Shown here in pieces: positions 56,962 through 64,000 of a stretch of DNA of 64,000 bases. The translations under genes were made by a program, and so were the position numbers. Where the stretch lies: positions 45,842 through 109,841 of the IMG/VR virus record IMGVR_UViG_3300032092_000011. One strand, written 5' to 3'. The notes below the pieces were generated by a model. It did not search any database and had not been told where the DNA came from. It was given only the letters and a program-made list of their open reading frames with translations. Numbering within the stretch: position 1 is the stretch's first letter; the number at the start of each line of letters is the position of its first letter. The DNA comes from a virus.

Positions 56962-57054
56962 ATATGTTCAATGTTTCTAATAAAATAAAAATAGTAATAA
57001 ATGGAGTCATAATAACTCCAAATAAAAATGCGGTAATTCCGGTTAATGCTCGCC

Positions 57055-57426
57055 TCATATCGATTGAATATATGTAATTAATGTTAGTGACAATTTATAA
57101 CCAGTAAAGGCTCCAATTGCAGATGGAAGTGGGAAAACAATAAGTTTTCCCAAGTCCGTTACATATTTAGGTCGGTTAACAATCCTTCCCATATATGAAT
57201 AATAAACTAAATATCCAAGTAAAACTGCTATATCTGTTCTTGTTGAAATAAAAACTACTAGAATTGCACCTAAAAATCCAAAAATAAAATTATCACGGAC
57301 TCCTTCCCAAATCTCTTTAGTCGTGGCTTCATTCCACTCTTTAACAATTTTATGATATTTAGTCTTTTTAGACATATTTGTTAAATATTTCTTTTGCTTT
57401 TGCAATTTCTTCTGGTTTATCTTCAC
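57055..57426 (-). CDS. membrane protein
   Basis: Three hydrophobic segments; likely start at MSKKTK. Confidence 0.55.
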   Translation of the reverse strand: MKINQKKLQKQKKYLTNMSKKTKYHKIVKEWNEATTKEIWEGVRDNFIFGFLGAILVVFISTRTDIAVLLGYLVYYSYMGRIVNRPKYVTDLGKLIVFPLPSAIGAFTGYKLSLTLITYIQSI

Positions 57427-57562
57427 TCTCCAAAAGAGTCATAATAATAGTTGTAGCCTCTTCTTCACTACATTTTGTTTCGATAATTTCAATATACTTG
57501 TCAACATCTACTTCTAATGTGTCAGCAATCACCTGATCCATTATATCGAAAAATCCTTGCAT
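57368..57562 (-). CDS. hypothetical protein
   Basis: 64-aa acidic ORF. Confidence 0.5.
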   Translation of the reverse strand: MQGFFDIMDQVIADTLEVDVDKYIEIIETKCSEEEATTIIMTLLESEDKPEEIAKAKEIFNKYV

Positions 57563-57564
57563 TG

Positions 57565-57783
57565 TTAATCTTTTTTAGATGTGCTACTTGTTGATTTAAA
57601 TAACAAGTGAAATAGAATATTAATTCCTAGAGCTTGCCAAAACCCAATTTCATGAACTCCATCTACTGCAGGAACTAAACATCCATTCCATAGAAGTTGA
57701 GTTGGCCAAGCCATTACTACAGCTGCAATAACCACTGTTACTAATGCCATTCCGATTGTTGCAAATACTTTACTTTGATCCAT
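57565..57783 (-). CDS. small membrane protein
   Basis: LLWN...IGFWQALG motif. Confidence 0.6.
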   Translation of the reverse strand: MDQSKVFATIGMALVTVVIAAVVMAWPTQLLWNGCLVPAVDGVHEIGFWQALGINILFHLLFKSTSSTSKKD

Positions 57784-57799
57784 TTTTTTATATTTTATA

Positions 57800-58288
57800 T
57801 TAACAAAATTGTACTAAACCGCTATCTCGAGAAACTTCAAATGCTTTTGCAAAATTATCATATGTTCCCATAACCCAATCATAGCTTTCATCATCCGAAA
57901 TAAAGTTATCAAGACAATACTTAATTAATGTTTTACGATGAGTTATAAAATCATTGTAAAGTTTTTCGCTAACTTCAGGACCAAAACAACCATCACAGTC
58001 TGAAAATTCAATAATTTCGAAGAAAGGTCGACCTTCATAAGAATCATTATGTGCCCAAATTGTTGCAGCTGGAACTCCATAAATAGCTCGTGCTAGAATA
58101 TTGCGAAAACCATTATAAGTGCCATAGCTTCCGGCCCTAAAATGATGTTCAACAGATTCATTTGTTCGATCATAATTACCTGGCTCGAGACCACCAATTC
58201 GGTTAAAGCTGTCGACCCAAACACTAAGCTCTGATTCTTCTTCATTTACTTTTTTAATTCGGCTAATTGCAAAAACATCTAATCCCAT
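57800..58288 (-). CDS. conserved phage protein
   Basis: MGLD start, FSDCDG motif. Confidence 0.6.
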   Translation of the reverse strand: MGLDVFAISRIKKVNEEESELSVWVDSFNRIGGLEPGNYDRTNESVEHHFRAGSYGTYNGFRNILARAIYGVPAATIWAHNDSYEGRPFFEIIEFSDCDGCFGPEVSEKLYNDFITHRKTLIKYCLDNFISDDESYDWVMGTYDNFAKAFEVSRDSGLVQFC

Positions 58289-58312
58289 ATCTAATTTAAT
58301 TTTAACTCTATT

Positions 58313-58340
58313 ATTATAGAGAGAATCTTAAAATTGTTTC
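58313..58340 (-). promoter_or_regulatory. class B promoter GAAACAA-N15-TATAAT
   Basis: Exact motif and spacing. Confidence 0.65.
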
Positions 58341-58919
58341 CTAATAATACAGATCGACCAAATTTTTATTTAGGATTGAAATAGCCAAATTAGCAAGTTC
58401 ATCGGTTAGGCCATGGTTATGTGATGTTCGAATAAAATGTTCTCTTTGACCATATAACATATCAGAATCATCATCTAAAATGATATAATTCTTAACCTTA
58501 GCCTTATTAATATATTCTAATTGTTTCTCTTCACTCCAGTTGATTCTTTGAAAATCACCATAATTATCTAACCACCAATCAATTTCACAACCTCTTGGAA
58601 CTCTGTAACCATCCATATCTGGGTATGGTTTTTGACACCAAAGATGTGGAGTTAAGCCAATAACTTCACCTTTAACTCCAACTGAATCTAAAAGTTTTTG
58701 TAAAGACTCAACAGTTTCACCAGATCTCCAACTTGAACTAACTACAATTTTAGCTTCAGTTTTCTCAATGATTCTATTTAATCTTTCTACAGCTCTTGGG
58801 TCAAATTCATAGAAAGGATATTGTGCGTTGACACTGTCCATTGCGACATTATCCCTTCTATAAATATACCAATCTTGTGAGTTTAAAACTCCATCAATAT
58901 CTAAAAAGATAACTTTCAT
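58341..58919 (-). CDS. HAD phosphatase, Swiss-Army-knife RNA-repair type
   Basis: FLDIDGVLN, VVSSSWR, RGCEI, ILDDDSDM. Confidence 0.85.
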   Translation of the reverse strand: MKVIFLDIDGVLNSQDWYIYRRDNVAMDSVNAQYPFYEFDPRAVERLNRIIEKTEAKIVVSSSWRSGETVESLQKLLDSVGVKGEVIGLTPHLWCQKPYPDMDGYRVPRGCEIDWWLDNYGDFQRINWSEEKQLEYINKAKVKNYIILDDDSDMLYGQREHFIRTSHNHGLTDELANLAISILNKNLVDLYY

Positions 58920-59932
58920 TATTTTTCATTTAGTAAGAAGGTATTAGAGATTGCCTTAAAACTAATAGTTCGATCCATTGTTCTAAATACTACTCCCTCT
59001 CTATCAAATTTATCATTTAAGACTGATTTTCCATCGGCAAAAGCTAGAGCCTCATCAATTGTTTTTGGCAACTTCATGGTCAAATTAGTTAAAACTGGAA
59101 CAGTGTCTAATTTAAACTCATGTTTCATAATCGATAAAAACATTGGTAAACCATAGTAAGTTTGAGAATCAATATCAAATACATTAAAGAATTTCACAGT
59201 TTGTCCTTTGATTCCGTATGGATTTCCCTGTATGCCTTCTCCAATTAATTCTCCTTGAATTGCCAAATTCCTAGCAGAAGCTCGTAATTTCTCTTCAATC
59301 TTCAATTCTCTAGCAACTTTCCAAAAAGTATTCTCTTCAGTTTCGGCTAAATCTAAATTTCTAGAACAAACACCAAATTCTCCATTATTAATATAGAATG
59401 TTGCAGAACTACCATCTAGCTTTTCAGTTACATAAAAATCTAGTTCTTGTTCAATCCAATTATCATAGAATTTAGTCAAGTTTTGTACTCTCTCCTCATC
59501 AGTTTTATGTAAGAAAGATGGAAAGTTACCACGAACTTTTCCTGCCAATTCTGCTGGAATTGGTGGTTCATATTTAACAATGCCCAGCATTTCAGTAACG
59601 TCCATACCTTCACTTACAACTTCGCCTAATGGAAGTACATGAATTGGTAATAATAAGCCTTGGCTTAATTGACCTCTTAGTCTAATTGTTTTAAGACGGA
59701 AACCTTCCTGCCCAGCCATTTTCTTATATGAACTCTTACGTAAAAATTCAAACTCTTCTTTAATAGGCAAGAATGAGTCAATCTCGCAATAAATACAAAA
59801 GTCTCCAACTTTGTATTCTCCTTTTTTAACAACAACATCCCAGTTATTGATTCTTGCAACTTCAATAGCATCAGCACCTTCAATCGGTCTGATTTCAGCT
59901 ACTAGTTGAATACTTGCTAATTTTCTTTCCAT
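58919..59932 (-). CDS. RNA ligase, DRB0094 (Rnl5) family
   Basis: RKLASI...IEGADAIE, KTDEERVQN, TEKLDGSS, QGELIG, REGVV, SFKAISN. Confidence 0.9.
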   Translation of the reverse strand: MERKLASIQLVAEIRPIEGADAIEVARINNWDVVVKKGEYKVGDFCIYCEIDSFLPIKEEFEFLRKSSYKKMAGQEGFRLKTIRLRGQLSQGLLLPIHVLPLGEVVSEGMDVTEMLGIVKYEPPIPAELAGKVRGNFPSFLHKTDEERVQNLTKFYDNWIEQELDFYVTEKLDGSSATFYINNGEFGVCSRNLDLAETEENTFWKVARELKIEEKLRASARNLAIQGELIGEGIQGNPYGIKGQTVKFFNVFDIDSQTYYGLPMFLSIMKHEFKLDTVPVLTNLTMKLPKTIDEALAFADGKSVLNDKFDREGVVFRTMDRTISFKAISNTFLLNEK

Positions 59933-60092
59933 TTTATTAAAAAATTATTGTTCTCCAAAATTAAATGAGATACCATGTTTTAACCAAATTAGTTGGATCT
60001 CATAACAACCATTTAGCATTTTACTGTGTGTGATTTTTAGGGTTGGAATCAAATAGATTTGATATGCAACGCCAAATACTTCTACTTTCATA

Positions 60093-61193
60093 TTATTCAT
60101 TAAAAGGTTTTTCATACTTAGGTTTAACCAATTTCCAAATTATTTCTGAGTAATCTTTTTCATCTAACATTTTAAACAAGATTCCAGGATGCATAAAGTT
60201 TTTAGAAAATTGAGCAAATAACTTTCTAGTTCCTAATCTTTTAATTGAATCAAAATGATCTAAATATTCATTTTCTAATTTAGAGTATTCTAATCGAATA
60301 TTTTTTTCAGTTCTTTTAACCCAGTTATAAAACTCATCAGGTACATCTTTTAACATTTCTTCTGGTAATTTACCAAACTTCATTAAGTTTTCCCAAATAT
60401 CATAAGAAGATACATTTGTCAAGATACGGTGCAAAGCAACATAATCTTCAAATTTAATTTTAACTCGAGTATTTGATGGAAAGAAACGCAAAACATAACC
60501 TTCTTCGTTCTGTTTATTTAAAGCCTTTAACTTTTTATACAAATCATGGCCTAAATGCTCTTTAAAGATTTGTTCAGTTTTTACAATATCTTTGGCTTTA
60601 ATACCAGACATTTTAAAGTAGGCTTTTGCAGTAGTCCAATGTAACTCATCTTGGTCTGACTCTTTCCAACCGTTAAAAGTCCAGTTAATTACAGCACCCA
60701 GGAAGACAAGATTTTCTTGTTTATAATTAACTACAATTCGATTCTCTGGGTAGATAATTTCACAAATATAGGCCACTGAAGGTTCAAATACATCTAAGAT
60801 ATATTTTGACTTTAAGATTTCCATGCCACGAATGGCTTGATCCGAAGTAAAAGAACCTCGAGTTGCCATAATCCATTCGCCATTATAATTAAATAAGATA
60901 CCTAATGAACCGTCCATTTTATCTTGGACATATACATATTCTGAACTCAACCACGGTACATCATTCGGTATCTCTTCGTAGTTAAAAAACTTTGAAAATG
61001 GTTTAACTATCACCTTACCGGTCACATCATCAGTAATCACGCCTCGACACGACAGAGTAACCTCGTCCCAATGAGATTCATATTGAGTTGATTGTGAATA
61101 GTTGTATATAGACAATGGCAAAGACGGATGGGTCTGTTTAATTAACCATCCATCTTCAACATATTTGTCTAATATCTTTTTGTCTAATTTCAT
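60093..61193 (-). CDS. RNA ligase, T4 Rnl1-like
   Basis: CRGVI, KFFNYEE, KMDGSLG, ATRGSF, EGYV, RVKIK. Confidence 0.9.
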   Translation of the reverse strand: MKLDKKILDKYVEDGWLIKQTHPSLPLSIYNYSQSTQYESHWDEVTLSCRGVITDDVTGKVIVKPFSKFFNYEEIPNDVPWLSSEYVYVQDKMDGSLGILFNYNGEWIMATRGSFTSDQAIRGMEILKSKYILDVFEPSVAYICEIIYPENRIVVNYKQENLVFLGAVINWTFNGWKESDQDELHWTTAKAYFKMSGIKAKDIVKTEQIFKEHLGHDLYKKLKALNKQNEEGYVLRFFPSNTRVKIKFEDYVALHRILTNVSSYDIWENLMKFGKLPEEMLKDVPDEFYNWVKRTEKNIRLEYSKLENEYLDHFDSIKRLGTRKLFAQFSKNFMHPGILFKMLDEKDYSEIIWKLVKPKYEKPFNE

Positions 61194-61230
61194 ATGTAAA
61201 TATAAACAAAAAACTTGACGCGGTAAAATT
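61192..61230 (-). promoter_or_regulatory. class A promoter abutting the RNA ligase start
   Basis: TTTTACCGC...TTGTTTATATTTACATATG; the ATG lies in the motif tail, so the mRNA may be near-leaderless. Confidence 0.55.
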
Positions 61231-61432
61231 ATTTTTGAATTTCTTTCAACTTTTTTCTTTGCTCTAATTCGGTGATAATTTCATTGCGCCGAGTTTTTAA
61301 CTTTTCTAATTTAACCTGTTTAAACCATTTACCAAGCCATGAACAAGGAACATGGTTTTCAAAGTATTCTATTTCTACATTAATTAACTTTAATTCCTTC
61401 TTCAGGGCCATGGTATTATAGTTTAACTTCAA
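61229..61432 (-). CDS. hypothetical protein
   Basis: Short basic ORF. Confidence 0.4.
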   Translation of the reverse strand: MKLNYNTMALKKELKLINVEIEYFENHVPCSWLGKWFKQVKLEKLKTRRNEIITELEQRKKLKEIQK

Positions 61433-61829
61433 AACGATTTTTCATACGATCTAATGCCTCTTCAGGAACACCATGTATATTTTTGCCACCATGTCGATTT
61501 TCAACAATTAACGAAGTAACTTGATAACCCCATTCCTTTGCAAGTTTATAATAAGCATCCATTTCCCATTCTTGTGTAAATGTATTAGATACAATAATTT
61601 TGCTATTGTGCCCAGTTGTATGATTTAACAACATTGCATGTTCTACCGAATTTTGACACCATTGATGCGCATCTTTTAATTTAGTAGCATCAAACTTATA
61701 TTCACCATCAACCATAAAATACATATCCGCCTCAAAGTGTGCAACACCTGCACCTCCTGCTCCTAAAAGCGTTGCTGTAGTACTTTTACCGCTTCCTGGC
61801 AATCCTCTTAATAATATTAAATTTTTCAT
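61416..61829 (-). CDS. P-loop polynucleotide-kinase-like protein (AAA_33)
   Basis: LRGLPGSGKST, VSNTF, HGVP. Confidence 0.85.
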   Translation of the reverse strand: MKNLILLRGLPGSGKSTTATLLGAGGAGVAHFEADMYFMVDGEYKFDATKLKDAHQWCQNSVEHAMLLNHTTGHNSKIIVSNTFTQEWEMDAYYKLAKEWGYQVTSLIVENRHGGKNIHGVPEEALDRMKNRFEVKL

Positions 61830-61835
61830 AATTGA

Positions 61836-62480
61836 TTAAATTTCGTGGTGGTCTAAATTATACATTGATTTTATCGGTTGTTTCTTCATGATGGCAAGAA
61901 CTTCGCTTAAATCAATTGGAAACAAATCATTACCATCAACTCCAACATCCATCATTTTGCCAGGTCCAACTCGACGTCCTTTTGGTAAGTGAACATGTCC
62001 ATGTAAGTGCATTACGCCTTGACCCATATCTTGCCAACTTGCAATTGGAAAGTGACTTAAAATAAAACGATGCTTCATTGCTGGTTCGCCTTTAGATTTA
62101 GCCTGCTCTACAATTGTCAAATAACAGTATTGATGAACACTTGAGAAAATATCTTGAATGTCCTCCTTGTTATTTGCAATATGGTGGTCATGGTTTCCTA
62201 GAACCAAATGTACATTTTTACAAACAATTTGGTTTCGAAAAGCTGCAATTGATTCAAATCCACCAAAACTCCAGTCTCCTAAGTGAATCAATATATCGTT
62301 TTCACCAACAACCTCGTTAATGCTGTCTACCAAAACTGCATTCATGTGACTCAATGTTTTAAAATCTCGAGTTCCACGAGATCCATCCCATTGAGAAACA
62401 CCACGACAAATATTAGTGTGGTTGTAATGAGTATCGCTGGTAAAAAATACTCTCTGTCCTTTTTGTACTACAATTTTCAT
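61836..62480 (-). CDS. calcineurin-like metallophosphoesterase
   Basis: SDTH, HLGD, GNHD, SHFP, HGHVH. Confidence 0.9.
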   Translation of the reverse strand: MKIVVQKGQRVFFTSDTHYNHTNICRGVSQWDGSRGTRDFKTLSHMNAVLVDSINEVVGENDILIHLGDWSFGGFESIAAFRNQIVCKNVHLVLGNHDHHIANNKEDIQDIFSSVHQYCYLTIVEQAKSKGEPAMKHRFILSHFPIASWQDMGQGVMHLHGHVHLPKGRRVGPGKMMDVGVDGNDLFPIDLSEVLAIMKKQPIKSMYNLDHHEI

Positions 62481-62481
62481 T

Positions 62482-62697
62482 TTAAACTATTTTTACGCCA
62501 TCTACGTGTGTTAAACTTACTCCTTTCCAAGTCCATTTTTTTGTAAGTTGAAATAACTTATCCCAGGCTGATTTTTCATCAATTGCTTCGATTTCGCAAT
62601 CATCCCAATCAAAATCATCGTAACCTGGTACCCATCTAATTCCTTGAAAATAATACTTTTTAGTTTCTACTACTGGATTTATAACTTGATTTTCCAT
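62482..62697 (-). CDS. hypothetical early protein
   Basis: 71-aa ORF behind a class A promoter. Confidence 0.5.
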   Translation of the reverse strand: MENQVINPVVETKKYYFQGIRWVPGYDDFDWDDCEIEAIDEKSAWDKLFQLTKKWTWKGVSLTHVDGVKIV

Positions 62698-62716
62698 ATT
62701 GTTTTATTTTAATGTT

Positions 62717-62790
62717 ATATGTAAATATAAACAAAAAACCCGACATGGTAAAATGTCGGGTGAAATATTTTCAAAAAAGTTATTAACATT
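62717..62790 (-). promoter_or_regulatory. class A promoter with embedded terminator hairpin
   Basis: Near-identical to 23566-23636. Confidence 0.65.
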
Positions 62791-62792
62791 TT

Positions 62793-63614
62793 TTAGATAA
62801 ATGCCTGGAGTTTGGCTCTTAACTTTGTTATTTCTTTTTCTAATGACGCTCGACGTTTAGTAGGCCACTCAATATTTTGGGTTCTCCAAAATTCAATTCC
62901 ATTTCTCATAGTTTTTTCAACAGATGCCAAATATTCTGCTTCGCTATTATTAAAGTTTTTAGCAGCTCCATTTTTAATAATTTGAGCCCAATCTGGTTGG
63001 TTATATGAATAGTGACCTTCATCTTTTAAGATTTTTGCAATCTTTTCATCAGTGATAGTTCCCATTTCAGCAAATTTAGCATCAATTTTCTCAATATCAC
63101 GTTCAAGATACTTAATCTCATTATTTAACTTTTCGGCCTTAGTCATTTTCTTTAACTTCTCAGCATATTCATTAGCTAAAGTACCCTTAATTTTTGCATT
63201 TGGTAACTTAGTTTTAGTCAAATAACGGAAATGAAATGATTGGATATTATAACCGCCTGCTCCAATTGCCTCAGTAAAATAATCATATTCCTGACCTTCT
63301 CTCTCAATCTTTGCATAAATCTCAATACCCTTTGAACCACTTCTAGGTTGAATACTAATTAACTTATCAGAAGGTTCTGTATACTTTTCAAAAGATTTTA
63401 GCATATCTACGATTAGGCTAATTCTGATAGATTCAGCCTCCCATTCATTGATTTCATACTTAATATCTTTCTTTGCGTACATCTCAATAATTTGAGCTTT
63501 AATACGATCAACCATTTCTAAAATAGTTGGCTCAAGGGCAGATAAAACAGCATGAGAGAATTGAGATTCTACTGATTCATTTACAAATTGTTCAAATAGT
63601 TTAATTGGTTTCAT
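62793..63614 (-). CDS. putative internal head protein with capsid-targeting-like N-terminus
   Basis: MKPIKLFEQFVNE leader; IGAGGYNIQSFHFRYL motif. Confidence 0.6.
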   Translation of the reverse strand: MKPIKLFEQFVNESVESQFSHAVLSALEPTILEMVDRIKAQIIEMYAKKDIKYEINEWEAESIRISLIVDMLKSFEKYTEPSDKLISIQPRSGSKGIEIYAKIEREGQEYDYFTEAIGAGGYNIQSFHFRYLTKTKLPNAKIKGTLANEYAEKLKKMTKAEKLNNEIKYLERDIEKIDAKFAEMGTITDEKIAKILKDEGHYSYNQPDWAQIIKNGAAKNFNNSEAEYLASVEKTMRNGIEFWRTQNIEWPTKRRASLEKEITKLRAKLQAFI

Positions 63615-63724
63615 AATTAAAATTTACCCCATTGTGATTTATGTCGATTCTCTTCAGCTATTTTAAAACCTAGCAGAATGTCTTTGAAGAATTGTTTTAT
63701 CTTTTTCATAATAATCTATTTATC

Positions 63725-64000
63725 TTAATCTAAGCTTGATGGTAAGTAGAGAAGGGTTGGATTCTTTTTCTGAATATCAATGTCTGGATATTTTGCAGAG
63801 AATTGCATAACATCAAATCTTCCAGTAATTAGGTGATAACCATTCTTAGTTGGGATCCTTGCTTCAATTTTAGGACCATTAGGTCGACATTCATACTGTA
63901 TAAAGAATTCAATTTCACTTAAGAAATATGGGTCTTTAGTATCAACATCAACAATCCAACGTTTCTCTTGGGTCTTTATTTGACCAACTACAGAATCAAA
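63725..64000 (-). CDS. C-terminal part of a conserved phage protein (primase-polymerase-like motifs)
   Basis: Hand translation ...KRWIVDVD...IPTKNGYHLIT...NPTLLY; start is outside the window. Confidence 0.55.
   Translation of the reverse strand, partial: FDSVVGQIKTQEKRWIVDVDTKDPYFLSEIEFFIQYECRPNGPKIEARIPTKNGYHLITGRFDVMQFSAKYPDIDIQKKNPTLLYLPSSLD

Overview
AT-rich segment of a large ('jumbo', T4-like in its logic) phage genome, almost entirely coded on the minus strand. A T9SS C-terminal sorting domain and Bacteroidota-like promoters point to a Bacteroidota host. It holds collagen-repeat fibre genes, DNA metabolism genes (ATP-dependent ligase, DinG helicase, ThyA, nucleases), lysis genes, an RNA-repair cluster (two RNA ligases, kinase, phosphoesterase, HAD phosphatases) and 25 tRNA genes covering all 20 amino acids. 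Main candidate novelties: (1) an unannotated 30-codon leader peptide (42804-42896) containing 19 of 20 amino acids within 20 consecutive residues, coupled to an antiterminator/terminator switch just upstream of the tRNA array, i.e. a possible pan-tRNA-sensing attenuator; (2) a family of four ncRNAs sharing a GGAT-stem plus C(A/T)GCAAA motif, two carrying circularly permuted tRNA domains (Y-RNA/YrlA-like); (3) many pseudoknotted ncRNA candidates in tRNA spacers; (4) about 14 unrelated proteins sharing an N-terminal MKxIKLFExFxNE tag resembling the T4 capsid-targeting sequence, fused to enzyme cargo (Acb1-like 2H phosphoesterase, kinase, ParB-like domain, PAP2); (5) a secreted cohesin/dockerin/CsgG/lectin/T9SS surface module. 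All calls are by eye from motifs and base pairing; no searches were run.
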